Shown: positions 8,679 to 18,590, numbered from the stretch's first letter. The stretch is DNA of 64,000 bases from Chloroflexia bacterium (GCA_038207455.1 JBBQZT010000016.1:3298-67297); one strand, 5' to 3'. Numbers and translations: made by a program. The notes: a model not told the origin generated them from the sequence alone.

Positions 8679-8993
8679 ATGAACAACAAACTGAACGAGA
8701 ATCTGAAAGCAGACGAAGAACTGGACAGTTCGCCGGAGCAGCAGGATTTGTTGGCTTCGATTGAGCATTTGCTGGCCGAACAAAGCCTGAACCAGAAATT
8801 GCGCGATATGGATATGCAGGTGGCGCGAGTGATGACCCTGGAGGAGTTCCAGGCTTTTACCAGCTACAAATGCTTTTGCCTGGGCCAGTTAGAAAAATAT
8901 TGCAGTGATGCGGCCCAAACGGTAGCACTCAACGCCGCTATCCAGCAAGGTTTTATGCTGGGCTATTGGGCTGCGATGCAACACGCTAAATAA
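8679..8993 (+). CDS. Hypothetical protein (104 aa)
   Basis: ATG with a GAGGAGG RBS. The longer track ORF starts at 8604, inside the predicted promoter. Confidence 0.5.
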   Translation: MNNKLNENLKADEELDSSPEQQDLLASIEHLLAEQSLNQKLRDMDMQVARVMTLEEFQAFTSYKCFCLGQLEKYCSDAAQTVALNAAIQQGFMLGYWAAMQHAK

Positions 8994-9004
8994 AGCGCGA
9001 GTTT

Positions 9005-9033
9005 TTGACAGCCATCAAGCTCTATTGTAAAAT
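9005..9033 (+). promoter_or_regulatory. Sigma-70-like promoter, TTGACA-17 nt-TAAAAT
   Basis: Hexamers at 9005-9010 and 9028-9033, upstream of the ferritin-like gene. Confidence 0.5.
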
Positions 9034-9096
9034 AGGTCAGGTATTTAATTGAAACGATTGATAGAAGCTGATTTATCTTACGAAAGGAACGCGAAA

Positions 9097-9657
9097 ATGG
9101 CGACATCGCTTTATAATTTAGAGGAGATACGCAAGCAGGCCAACGAGTCTATTTTGGAAGGGGCAGTCACCAAAGATTACCCGCTTGACCTGGACGAAAC
9201 CTATCAACTGATGAACGAGGCTTTGGCTTCAGAAATTTTGTGTGTGCTGCGCTACCGTCACCACCAGATAGTAGCCAAAGGGATTGACTTTCCCCAGGTG
9301 TCGGCGGAATTTGCCGAACACGCCGACGACGAGCAGAAACACATGATGATGATTGCCGAGCGGATTGACCAGTTGGGCGGCGACCCAGATTTCAATCCTT
9401 CGACTGTCCTGACCCGTTCGTCCACCGAGTACGGTAGTAGTGGCACGGAGATTCAGCTTGACCAACTGATTAAGGAAGATTTGGTGGCGGAGCGGATTGC
9501 GATTGAGATTTACCGCAAGCTAATCGAGCATTTCGGCCACGCCGACCCAACCAGCCGCCGGATGTTCGAGAAAATTTTGGAAGACGAGGAAGAACACGCC
9601 AACGATTTGTCCGATTTGTTGGCTGCCGTTGACCCACGCACCAAACCAGCCCATTAA
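9097..9657 (+). CDS. Bacterioferritin-like / ferritin-like di-iron protein
   Basis: Four-helix ferritin signature: ..EILCVLRYRHH.., ..EHADDEQKHMMMIAERI.., ..EDEEEHANDL.. The start is placed at MATSLYN. Confidence 0.7.
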   Translation: MATSLYNLEEIRKQANESILEGAVTKDYPLDLDETYQLMNEALASEILCVLRYRHHQIVAKGIDFPQVSAEFAEHADDEQKHMMMIAERIDQLGGDPDFNPSTVLTRSSTEYGSSGTEIQLDQLIKEDLVAERIAIEIYRKLIEHFGHADPTSRRMFEKILEDEEEHANDLSDLLAAVDPRTKPAH

Positions 9658-9753
9658 AAACTAAATAGCGTAACTCCTGCCCTTTACCGACATTTCTTAT
9701 AATAGAAGATATAAAATCGGAAGTTATTAAGATGTTGGCAAAGGAGCGGAGCG

Positions 9754-11088
9754 ATGCGAAAACTTGCTATGAGGTTTGCGGGCGGCTGGATAGCTGGGTT
9801 ATTGGTTTTAATTTTAGCGGCCTGTAATCAGGAAATAACCGACCTGGCTACTACCATCAGCGTTACGGCTACGCCTGTAGCTACAACCGTCGCCCCTTCT
9901 AACATTACGAGCGCGGCGGCTACAATATCAACCCCACCAGATTTGGTCATAAATAGCCCGGTAACACCACCAGCACCTACTCAATCTTTACCGCCTACTG
10001 TCACTCCATACCCGCCTACTATCACCGCTATGCCCACCCCAACCAAAGCCCCCAGCATTACCACTACTATTGCGCCACTGCCAACCAACACGCCACCACC
10101 CAAACCGACAGCCAGCCCTACCTCTAAGCCAACCGCCACTAATAGCAAACTAGAGGATACTTTTAACACAATGGCCCTTAGTCCGCACGGAGTGTTGATA
10201 GCTTTAGGCCAGTCCACAGATAGAAGCAATGGAGTAATCAAATTAATAGAAACGGCTACAGGTAAAACAGTAGCAAGTCTGCGCGGGCATACAGGCAGCA
10301 TCAGCGTGTTAGCCTTCTCGCCAGACGGCACGCTCCTGGCAAGCGGTAGCTCTGATAAAACTGTCCGTATATGGAATGTACAAACCTATCAGTTGCTTTA
10401 CACCTTCAAGGGTTATTCTGACGAGATACTAAAATTGTTTTTCAGCCCGAACAACAAATATCTGGCCTCTGATGACCACTATACGGTGAAAATTTGGGAC
10501 GTGCAAACACATCAAGAGGTCAGCCAATTCAAAGGGCAGGAAGGCACCCCATTGGCCTTTTCCTCCGACGGCAAGCAGTTAGTCAAAATGGGGCCGGATA
10601 GCATCAGATTGACGGATATAGCGACTGGTAAAACGCTGGTCAAGGGAGAGGGCTTCGCCAACGATGCTATTTTTAGCCAGGACGGAAAAACGATAACTTT
10701 TTACAACGGGGTGGCCGATAATTACGGTGCGGGTATCGTAGAGCGTTGGGATATTAAAACCAACAAAACTATTACGATTGCTAATCATTCGCAGACTAAC
10801 CCTGGAACGCTCCCATTTAACCTTTTCTTGCCGGGTGGTGACTATTGGGCAGGCCCAGGCAACAACTATGATGTAAGTCTCTACAGCACGAAAAGCGGCC
10901 AGCCAACTGTTACAATGGAAAATCCAACCCAACATCAACCGCTTGACCACAAAGAGTACAGTACGGGTATATTAGGTTTGGCTGCCTCCAGTCAGCGCGA
11001 ATTGTTGGCGGTGCTAGACCGGGACAACACCCTGGAAGTTTGGATAACACCACAAGGTGTATTGCTTTCGACGGTCAAAATTTCTTAA
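9754..11088 (+). CDS. WD40-repeat lipoprotein with a Pro/Thr-rich linker
   Basis: Signal peptide with a lipobox-like LILAACN, a P/T-rich linker, and WD repeats (GHTGSISVLAFSPDGTLLASGSSDKTVRIWN etc). Confidence 0.8.
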   Translation: MRKLAMRFAGGWIAGLLVLILAACNQEITDLATTISVTATPVATTVAPSNITSAAATISTPPDLVINSPVTPPAPTQSLPPTVTPYPPTITAMPTPTKAPSITTTIAPLPTNTPPPKPTASPTSKPTATNSKLEDTFNTMALSPHGVLIALGQSTDRSNGVIKLIETATGKTVASLRGHTGSISVLAFSPDGTLLASGSSDKTVRIWNVQTYQLLYTFKGYSDEILKLFFSPNNKYLASDDHYTVKIWDVQTHQEVSQFKGQEGTPLAFSSDGKQLVKMGPDSIRLTDIATGKTLVKGEGFANDAIFSQDGKTITFYNGVADNYGAGIVERWDIKTNKTITIANHSQTNPGTLPFNLFLPGGDYWAGPGNNYDVSLYSTKSGQPTVTMENPTQHQPLDHKEYSTGILGLAASSQRELLAVLDRDNTLEVWITPQGVLLSTVKIS

Positions 11089-11191
11089 TTCTTAAAAGAT
11101 ACCCCTTTGATACTATTGTGTCGTTCTGGTAGCTGTGTCACAATTAACCTGACCAAAGGTTTAATTAACACAAAACGGGAGTGGCACAACT

Positions 11192-12658
11192 ATGTTCGGT
11201 TTCAAACAAACAGAGGCGTATCGTGAGGCGTTCGGCAGTGACGCGGCGGCAGTGTTGGATGCGGATACCAAAACTCAAGGACTATTACAACCTGAGCCAG
11301 CCTTGCCGAATGCAAGTGGCCGGAAATCGAAAATAAAGGTCAAAAAGCAACCGAAGCTTAAAGTTAAGGTTGAAACTGAAGTCGAGGCCCAGCCCGAAAA
11401 GCCAACTGTCGCTTACCGTTTTACTTACCCACGCCTTTTCCCTATCTTGCGCCAATTTATCAGTTTTTTGTTGCTGCTTTCGGTGCTACCTTACAGCCTG
11501 ATTTTCGAGGTACGCCTGTTTTGGTGGAATTACGCGAGTATCCCCGACTGGCTGCGCCAACCAAACTGGAAAAACGTAGAAAATTCGGTCATCGGCGGCT
11601 TTGTAAAATTCGCCGAAACGGGCGGCGGACGCAGAGCAGGTCAAGACCTTTACACGACGGGCGATTTGCTGCGTTTGCTGCTACATTGGCTGTTGGTACT
11701 GGCTTTCGTTTTGTTTGTTTATGGCCTGGGCAACGACATCGAAATCACGCCTGAACATTTGAAGGTACGATACGCCGGGCGGTGGCGCAAAGTGCGCTGG
11801 CAACAAGTTAGCCTAGTACGTACCGTCGAGCTAAGTACCGAACGGCTAATCGTGCTGGTGCAAATCAACGGTTGGGGCTTGACTGTACTCCATCGGGTTT
11901 ATAGTCTGCTTTTGGGAGCGGGCTGGCGCAAAGGCGTTGTTATCACATCGGACATCAAGGATTTTAATAATCTGGTGCAATATCTGGTTTATTACAAAAG
12001 CCAGACCATCACGCCAACCCCCACAGAAACCCAAACGGCCCAAAATCCAGCCGCGCTTTTTGTCCAAGATGGCTTTGTCAGTCCGGTTTTGCAAGGTGTA
12101 CTCGAACCATCCGAAATAATGGACGCGGCCATTGACGAGATGCCCTTACACCTAAAGAAAAACGCTCCGCGCTGGCTCACCCAGTCCGAGCGAACCGAAC
12201 TATTGCCAAAAATGGCGGTAGTGGCCTCGGTAGTGCCAGTTTTGTATCTAGCCGGGGCGTTGCTGACCTGGACGCAATTTTCGGTCTGGACATTGGCGGG
12301 CGCGGCCTTGCTGTTTGGACTCGGTATGATGGAATGGATTTTCGCCAGCTATCTGATTTACGAATCTGGTCGTCAGTTCGCCCTGACGGGCGGTTGGGGC
12401 AACGCGCTGTTGGCCTATCCCTATCTACAAGGGGCGCGTATCGTGGCTGGCCTGGTTGGATTAGCCCTGACGATAGCTTTCGCTCCTGGCTGGTTTGTTT
12501 TCGTGATAATGGCTGCTGCGTGCGTGTGGGGCGCGGTGCTGACGCTGGTATTCACGGCTCGTCTCTACGACTTTAGCTACCAAAAAGCCGCTCTTGCTGG
12601 CGGGGGCGTACTATTGTATCAAGCCGCTTTCCTGGCTTTTTACTTGCTGGTAAAATAA
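11192..12658 (+). CDS. Polytopic membrane protein, function unknown
   Basis: 488 aa with a Lys-rich N-terminus, several hydrophobic helices and a possible bPH-like segment (IEITPEHLKVRYAGRWRKVRW). Confidence 0.55.
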   Translation: MFGFKQTEAYREAFGSDAAAVLDADTKTQGLLQPEPALPNASGRKSKIKVKKQPKLKVKVETEVEAQPEKPTVAYRFTYPRLFPILRQFISFLLLLSVLPYSLIFEVRLFWWNYASIPDWLRQPNWKNVENSVIGGFVKFAETGGGRRAGQDLYTTGDLLRLLLHWLLVLAFVLFVYGLGNDIEITPEHLKVRYAGRWRKVRWQQVSLVRTVELSTERLIVLVQINGWGLTVLHRVYSLLLGAGWRKGVVITSDIKDFNNLVQYLVYYKSQTITPTPTETQTAQNPAALFVQDGFVSPVLQGVLEPSEIMDAAIDEMPLHLKKNAPRWLTQSERTELLPKMAVVASVVPVLYLAGALLTWTQFSVWTLAGAALLFGLGMMEWIFASYLIYESGRQFALTGGWGNALLAYPYLQGARIVAGLVGLALTIAFAPGWFVFVIMAAACVWGAVLTLVFTARLYDFSYQKAALAGGGVLLYQAAFLAFYLLVK

Positions 12659-12862
12659 ATCGAATTTATTACAGGGACATTGCAAGGTTGGATATTTGCG
12701 GGACATTGCCTCAACTGGTTGCTGCCAATGGACTTTTCCGAACGGAGAAATATCCAACAAAACAGCCTTTGGGCCGACCTTGCTATAGTCTCAAGCTTAT
12801 TATATTCCCCTTGCTTTTTATTCCCTCATCAAGTAAGCTTAATCCCAATACCATTTTAATAA

Positions 12863-12934
12863 ATTGTAGGCGGCGCGTCCTCGCGCCCGCTATTAAGCCA
12901 GATGCACAGAGCGCGGGGACGCGCCGCCTACAAT
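12863..12934. repeat. Long GC-rich hairpin: about 24-bp stem with one mismatch, 24-nt loop
   Basis: ATTGTAGGCGGCGCGTCCTCGCGC ... GCGCGGGGACGCGCCGCCTACAAT read directly from the sequence. Confidence 0.8.
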
Positions 12935-12977
12935 GTTTTGATAACAAGCGAAAACTTAATTTTAGGAGAATAAAGCT

Positions 12978-13361
12978 GTGGCTGAAAATACTGTCACACC
13001 GCTTATGATATTGGTTGCCGGGCCGTATCGGTCTGGAACGGGCGACAAACCCGAACTGATAGCCGCGAACCTGCAAGCTATGAACGAGGTTGCCCTAAAA
13101 CTCTTTCGGGCTGGTCACATTCCGGTTTTGGGCGAGTGGTTTGCCATACCGTTGGCTGAAACCGGGGGTTCAAAAGAGTTGGGCGACCCAATATTCACCG
13201 AAATATTCCACCCGATTGCTTTGGCGGTAGCGCGTCGCTGTGATGCGTGTTTGCGGATTGGCGGCGCGTCGACAGGAGCAGATGGGATGGTACAATTGGC
13301 GGAGTCACTCAACCAGAAAGTTTTTTATAGCATCGAAGACGTTCCGGGTGTAGAGATTTAG
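12978..13361 (+). CDS. DUF4406/nucleoside 2-deoxyribosyltransferase-like small protein
   Basis: ILVAGPYRSG.. N-terminus and ..CDACLRIGGASTGADGMVQLA.. C-terminal pattern. GTG start after TAGGAG. Confidence 0.5.
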   Translation: MAENTVTPLMILVAGPYRSGTGDKPELIAANLQAMNEVALKLFRAGHIPVLGEWFAIPLAETGGSKELGDPIFTEIFHPIALAVARRCDACLRIGGASTGADGMVQLAESLNQKVFYSIEDVPGVEI

Positions 13362-13374
13362 AGGTTATATAAAA

Positions 13375-15318
13375 ATGTATGTAGTGGGGACGGCGGGCCA
13401 CGTGGATCACGGCAAAAGTACCCTGGTCAAGGCGTTGACAGGGATTGACCCTGACCGCTTGCAAGAAGAAAAAGCCCGCGAAATGACTATTGATTTGGGT
13501 TTCGCCTGGCTCAAACTGCCGAGCGGCCAGGAAATCAGTATTGTAGATGTGCCGGGTCACGAACGCTTTATCAAAAATATGCTGGCGGGTGTGGGCGGTT
13601 TCGACGCGGCCCTATTTGTGATTGCGGCGGACGAAGGGATAATGCCTCAAACCGAGGAACATCTGGCTATTTTGAACTTGTTGCAAATCGAACGCGGCGT
13701 GGTGGCTTTGACCAAACGCGATATGGTGGACGACGAATGGCTGGAATTGATGCAGGAGGAAGTGCGCGAAAAATTAGCCGCCACTTCACTCAAAAACGCC
13801 CCGATTATTCCGGTGTCGGCCCGCACTAGAGTTGGTCTCAAAGAGCTTTTAAAAGCGTTGGACACTTTATTGGCTGGTGTGCCGCCGCGCACCGATATTG
13901 GCAAACCACGTCTGCCGATTGACCGGGTGTTTAGCATTAGCGGCTTCGGCACGGTTGTGACTGGTACGCTGATTGAGGGACGCTTAGGAGTGGGCCAGGA
14001 AGTTGAAATCCAGCCGGGTGGCCTCAAAAGCCGGGTGCGTGGTTTGCAAATGCACAATAAAAAACACGATAGCGTCGCGCCGGGCAATCGGGTGGCGGTC
14101 AATCTAACGGGGCTGGAAGTAGGCGATTTACGGCGCGGTATGGTGCTGACCGTGCCGGGCTGGTTGGACGGCAGCGACAGATTAGACGTGCGGATTAGTG
14201 TGCTGGCCGACTCGCCCGTTGAAATCGGCCAAAACAGCCGCTTCGACTTTTTTAGTGGAGCGGACGAGGCGGTAGCCAGCATCACCGTGTTGGACAAGGC
14301 GCGGCTAGAACCGGGTGAAAGCGGTTTGTTGCAGGTACGTCTCAGCCAACCGTTGGCGTTGACAAAGGGAGACCGTTTTATTTTGCGTTTGCCTTCGCCC
14401 AGCCAAACCATCGGCGGCGGTATCGTGATTGACCCGCACCCGCTCCGCCATAAACGCTTTCAGCCCGAAGTTATCACCGCTCTGGAAACATTAGAAAAGG
14501 GTACGCCTGCCGATATTTTGTTACAAGCTCTGACAGTGGGGGACAAGCCGCCCCGCGACTTGCGTACTTTGGCTGAGGAAACTAGCCTACCCACAAAGGA
14601 AGTCCAAACCAGCAGCGTGCGTCTGCTCAAAGATGGTCTGGCCCTGGTGCTGGCGGACGATTGGGCCGAGCTTGAGCAACGCGCCCATAATGATGAAATA
14701 ACCGAACTTGCGCCGTCCCAAATTATAATTTCGTTAGCAGCCTTGAACCGACTCAAAGAAAAAGTTAGCGGCTTGCTCCAGAATTATCACAAGCAGTTTC
14801 CACTCAAACGGGGGATGGCTCGCGAGGAGCTAAAAAGCCGCCTGGGTATCGTCAGCCCCAAAACTTATAACTTCGTGATTGCGCGGTTGGTCAATGAAGG
14901 GGTGATAGCCGAAAGCGAAGGCAAAGGCGGCACGGGGACAGCCCTCAGTCTGCCAGATTTCGGGGTGACTTTTACGCCTACCCAGCAAAAACAAGCCGAT
15001 GAGTTATTGGCAGCTTACCGCAAAGAACCCTACTCGCCGCCGCCTGTAGCCGAACTTGGAACCGACCCGAACGTAGTAGCCGCGTTAGTAGATGATGGGC
15101 GGCTCAAAAAAATTAGCGAGACGATTTACTTTGCGATGCCCGCCTACGAAAGTATGGTGCGTAAAATCCTGGCGACTATTGACGCACAGGGCAAAATCAC
15201 CCTGGCCGAGGTGCGGGATATGTTTAATAGTAGTCGCAAATATTGTCAGGCCGTTTTGGAATATATGGACGACCAAAAGTTGACCCGTCGCCTGACCGAC
15301 GAACGAGTACGTTGGTAA
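13375..15318 (+). CDS. selB: Selenocysteine-specific translation elongation factor
   Basis: G-domain motifs [18 protein letters not shown] and TKRD, EF-Tu-like domains II/III, and a long C-terminal winged-helix extension. 647 aa. Confidence 0.9.
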   Translation: MYVVGTAGHVDHGKSTLVKALTGIDPDRLQEEKAREMTIDLGFAWLKLPSGQEISIVDVPGHERFIKNMLAGVGGFDAALFVIAADEGIMPQTEEHLAILNLLQIERGVVALTKRDMVDDEWLELMQEEVREKLAATSLKNAPIIPVSARTRVGLKELLKALDTLLAGVPPRTDIGKPRLPIDRVFSISGFGTVVTGTLIEGRLGVGQEVEIQPGGLKSRVRGLQMHNKKHDSVAPGNRVAVNLTGLEVGDLRRGMVLTVPGWLDGSDRLDVRISVLADSPVEIGQNSRFDFFSGADEAVASITVLDKARLEPGESGLLQVRLSQPLALTKGDRFILRLPSPSQTIGGGIVIDPHPLRHKRFQPEVITALETLEKGTPADILLQALTVGDKPPRDLRTLAEETSLPTKEVQTSSVRLLKDGLALVLADDWAELEQRAHNDEITELAPSQIIISLAALNRLKEKVSGLLQNYHKQFPLKRGMAREELKSRLGIVSPKTYNFVIARLVNEGVIAESEGKGGTGTALSLPDFGVTFTPTQQKQADELLAAYRKEPYSPPPVAELGTDPNVVAALVDDGRLKKISETIYFAMPAYESMVRKILATIDAQGKITLAEVRDMFNSSRKYCQAVLEYMDDQKLTRRLTDERVRW

Positions 15319-15402
15319 CTTCGATTTGAGCGTAACTCAACTCCTAAAAAAGAGTTGTAAATAGTAGGTTAGTAATTAGGGAGATGTGCTAGTTAGAAAT
15401 TA

Positions 15403-15581
15403 GCCAATGGTTCACCCGTGCCGGGTACAGGTAAACCATCGTCTATACACCCCAAACCCACTCAAGTGGGTTGCAAACGGCCTAAGATTAGCCTGACAAG
15501 GTGGCTATTGTAACCTGCTTTAACAGGTTTGGGGTGCCTAGACGATGGTTTACCTGTACCCGGCACGGGTGAACCATTGGC
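15403..15581. repeat. Family A nested-palindrome element, copy 3 (most complete, about 43-bp perfect terminal inverted arms)
   Basis: GCCAATGGTTCACCCGTGCCGGGTACAGGTAAACCATCGTCTA ... TAGACGATGGTTTACCTGTACCCGGCACGGGTGAACCATTGGC. Internal hairpins AACCCACTCAAGTGGGTT and AACCTGCTTTAACAGGTT. Confidence 0.85.
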
Positions 15582-15675
15582 GCACCTTCGCTACCCTTCA
15601 TTTACGACCCGAAGGTTGGACAAAGCTAACTAGCACCAGCCCCTAGTTACAAGTAGTAAACGAAAGGGAAAAGTT

Positions 15676-16158
15676 ATGATGCAGTTTAAGGACTCCAACT
15701 TTCGCTTTGGGGACGAATCACAAAAAAATGAGGATGTTAAACCGGGAACATCGATTGTGGAATTTCAGCCTAAAGAGGCAACCCCTGGCGTAGCTATTTT
15801 AGCCTGTATCGTCAGCGTAGTTATCGGTATTGTTAACTTTATTGGCGGTATAAGCACCCTTAACGAGAAATCAGACTATCATCACGGGAAAGCCTGGTTC
15901 GAGTTGGACGGCTTAGGCTGGGCAAGTATTGTTTTGGGGGGTTTGGTGATAGTGTTAAGCATAATAGCAGTGGTACGCCAGTCATCAGGTTTTCAAACAG
16001 CCGTGGCAGTTATATTTAGTATTAGTACCATTACCCTGGTTGCTGGAATACTCGACGATACACTAAAAGTTGGCACATTTATAGCACTTACGTTGCGGTT
16101 CGGCATTGTGGCCCTATTATATTGGGCGGCGGTTGCGCTTTTCCGTGTAAACGAGTAA
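15676..16158 (+). CDS. Small membrane protein, unknown function
   Basis: 160 aa with four predicted hydrophobic helices. Confidence 0.5.
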   Translation: MMQFKDSNFRFGDESQKNEDVKPGTSIVEFQPKEATPGVAILACIVSVVIGIVNFIGGISTLNEKSDYHHGKAWFELDGLGWASIVLGGLVIVLSIIAVVRQSSGFQTAVAVIFSISTITLVAGILDDTLKVGTFIALTLRFGIVALLYWAAVALFRVNE

Positions 16159-16193
16159 AACTAATTTTTTTGGATTATTAGAGAAGGAAAATA

Positions 16194-16514
16194 ATGGTTA
16201 TTCGCTCGTGGACATACCAAACGGCGGCTCACAACGCGGCCCGTTTTGAAGAATTTGAGGCTGAGTATGGGCTGCCGATGATGAATGGGCAAAGGGGTTG
16301 TGTGGAAGTAAAGTTTTACCGTCGCCGCCCGGAAGAAAGTAACGGCGAGATAGCCGAATTTAGTATGATTTCCAGGTGGGCAAGTTGGGAACTTTTGCAA
16401 GCCGCCATTGACTCAAAAAGTTGGCGCGACGAAGTAGCTTTATTTCTAGCGCAGGGTTTTGGCGAAGGCAACGGCATTATTAAGCATTACGATGACATAT
16501 CTAACGTCTGCTAA
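16194..16514 (+). CDS. ABM/dimeric alpha-beta-barrel-like small protein (tentative)
   Basis: 106 aa. The size and the ..ISRWASWELLQAAIDS..W.. pattern resemble antibiotic-biosynthesis-monooxygenase-fold proteins. GAAGGAAAA RBS. Confidence 0.45.
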   Translation: MVIRSWTYQTAAHNAARFEEFEAEYGLPMMNGQRGCVEVKFYRRRPEESNGEIAEFSMISRWASWELLQAAIDSKSWRDEVALFLAQGFGEGNGIIKHYDDISNVC

Positions 16515-16544
16515 CTAACCAACTTCGTTGAATAGGTTCTAAAA

Positions 16545-17045
16545 ATGATTGTAAGAGTAATTCTTTGCACGTTGGCTAACAGCATTGTCGTTGCTACAGG
16601 CGCATATTTTTTGTGGGTTGATTTTACCCTTTTGAATCAACCAAACTTTTCTGATTTTATAGAGTATTTGCACAGGTATGTTGGGGCTGGCAATAAGCAA
16701 CAATTAGTATATGTTACGATAGGCTGTACCATCTATACGTTCTCCGGCATCCTGGGGTTTTTAGGCACATTTGTAACCAGGAAAGATTTGGTAGCCAGCC
16801 TTGTTCTACAATTGAGCATTGGTATTATAGGTTGTGCAGTGATGGGTTTGATGCTTTCGGACATTGTAGGAAATGAGCTTTTTCGCATTCAAATTAACGC
16901 TGTTACGTATTTAGCTGGGCCTGATAACCCGACAACATCATTAGGTGGGATAATTTTTGCTATAATGCTTCTCCTACCTGGTTATCCTGCTATTTTATTA
17001 GCAACAATGATAGGACATACGGTTGAATTTGTAACAAAACGTTAA
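16545..17045 (+). CDS. Small membrane protein, unknown function
   Basis: 166 aa, AT-richer than its neighbours, with 4-5 hydrophobic helices. Confidence 0.5.
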   Translation: MIVRVILCTLANSIVVATGAYFLWVDFTLLNQPNFSDFIEYLHRYVGAGNKQQLVYVTIGCTIYTFSGILGFLGTFVTRKDLVASLVLQLSIGIIGCAVMGLMLSDIVGNELFRIQINAVTYLAGPDNPTTSLGGIIFAIMLLLPGYPAILLATMIGHTVEFVTKR

Positions 17046-17051
17046 GAACAA

Positions 17052-17579
17052 TTGGATTACATTATAGATGGCTACAATCTGATGAAGACCGAACCCGAAC
17101 TGGCGATGTTGCAACGGGCCGGACTTGAGCTTGCCCGCGAAGCCTTGATAAAACGGGTCAATAGTGCGGCGGGTCTCAAAGCTGCCGGGCAGATTACGAT
17201 TGTGTTTGACGGCCATCAAAATGGCAACGCCACCGAAAGCAGCCAACGCTACGGGCGCATTATTGTCATCTATAGCAAGTTGGGCGAGACTGCCGACGAG
17301 GTTATCAAGCGCATGGTGCGCCAGTCCGACACACCCGAAAATATCAAAGTGATTACCCGCGATTGGGAAATCAAAGACGTAGTATGGGCTGCCGGGTCTG
17401 GCAGCACCAACATCTCTCGGCGACCTACTCCTAAAACCAAAAAATCTTCTGTTGGTAACAAAAACAAAGAGGCTGATGATAACCCCGGTTGGAACGCCAC
17501 CACCCGTAAGCGCGGCCCCAGCAAACGCCCTGCCAAAAGCCAACGCAAACCCAACCCTAATAAAGATGTTTATTGGTGA
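17052..17579 (+). CDS. NYN-domain (YacP/Rae1-like) predicted RNase with a basic C-terminal tail
   Basis: N-terminus (M)DYIIDGYNLM, ..ITIVFDG.., ..ETADEVIKRMV.. as in YacP-like NYN proteins. Confidence 0.7.
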   Translation: MDYIIDGYNLMKTEPELAMLQRAGLELAREALIKRVNSAAGLKAAGQITIVFDGHQNGNATESSQRYGRIIVIYSKLGETADEVIKRMVRQSDTPENIKVITRDWEIKDVVWAAGSGSTNISRRPTPKTKKSSVGNKNKEADDNPGWNATTRKRGPSKRPAKSQRKPNPNKDVYW

Positions 17580-17652
17580 GACAGGAAATCCGACCTCTTT
17601 TTGCATCATCAATGACCTCATTGCCGTAGTCACCCCCAAACCCACAAACAAC

Positions 17653-17828
17653 ACCGCTGGATAAATCCATCGACCAATAAATTCTAAACGTGATAAATCA
17701 GGTTGAAGAACCGCTTTGCAACCTACGTTAGTAGGTTCTCAAATACACTGATTTTTAGTAAGCAAAGGGGTATTTCTAACCTGATTTATCAGGTTTGGGG
17801 TGAACAGACGACGGTTTCAACCGTTGAC
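17653..17828. repeat. Family A nested-palindrome element, copy 4
   Basis: CTGGATAAATCCATCGAC.. left arm, core AACCTGATTTATCAGGTTTGGGGT, right arm GACGACGGTTTCAACCGTTGAC. Confidence 0.75.
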
Positions 17829-17886
17829 AATGATTAAACTGACAGCCGTGCAAATTTTTGTGTCACATCCCAATAGAAAGTGAATA

Positions 17887-17915
17887 TTGACAGACCCACA
17901 TAAGCGTGTTAGGAT
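17887..17915 (+). promoter_or_regulatory. Sigma-70-like promoter, TTGACA-17 nt-TAGGAT
   Basis: Hexamers at 17887-17892 and 17910-17915. The downstream transcript would carry a leader of about 190 nt before the first canonical start at 18106. Confidence 0.45.
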
Positions 17916-18105
17916 AATAGCACCACCCTTCTACACACCACTGTTCATGCGACGCATTTTTAGCACACGCAAATCAGCCACAGCAAAACTGTGACAGTGA
18001 AAGGAAATTTCCACGAAATTACTCAATTTCCAACGCCAATTCCGCACAGCCAGCAGCGAAGGCTACGCTATCTTTGAGCATGAGCTACGCATAGGTCGGG
18101 TTGAT

Positions 18106-18408
18106 TTGCATTTCGGGAGCGAGAACGTCTATGCCACCATTGTGGTGGAAGTAGCGATGAGCGAAGCGGAAGTAGCCCAGGTCATCGAAGAAATAGACGA
18201 TAAATTGGTGGTGACGGCCAGCGTCAAACGCGAAGACCTCAACGTTTGGGTTTATCAAGGCCAGGAAGTCGGCTTTTTTAACGACGAATTTCTGGAAGAG
18301 GAGTTTGGTGACAACAATGATGACGAAGACGAAGAATTGGACTCACTTGATGATGAACTCGATAGCGAAACCGACGATGTTGACGAAGACGACGATGAGC
18401 AAAGTTAG
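18106..18408 (+). CDS. Hypothetical protein with an extremely acidic C-terminal tail; start uncertain
   Basis: The frame is open from 18001 but has no ATG/GTG/TTG before TTG 18106. The C-terminus reads ..DDEDEELDSLDDELDSETDDVDEDDDEQS. Confidence 0.4.
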   Translation: MHFGSENVYATIVVEVAMSEAEVAQVIEEIDDKLVVTASVKREDLNVWVYQGQEVGFFNDEFLEEEFGDNNDDEDEELDSLDDELDSETDDVDEDDDEQS

Positions 18409-18590
18409 GCGCAGGTTTTCTACTGGGCAGGTGCATCACTGACTACACTTTGCCTGACCCTAGCTAAACGCTCCGCCCTACCCAAAGCGGACGTAAAACC
18501 TCTCCCCTCGTTTGTTACGAAGCACCAGGCGCATTCCCGCGCTCCTAAGTGTATTCTATGTTTCGATTTGTCGCATTTTACATATAATTC

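Noticed and set aside
13647-14411. 254-aa minus-strand ORF
   Set aside because: It is antisense to selB. Its Ser/Arg/Pro-rich composition has no motifs, so it is a shadow ORF.
16998-17654. 218-aa minus-strand ORF
   Set aside because: It is antisense to the NYN-domain gene, whose N-terminal DGYNLM and FDG motifs support the plus-strand reading.
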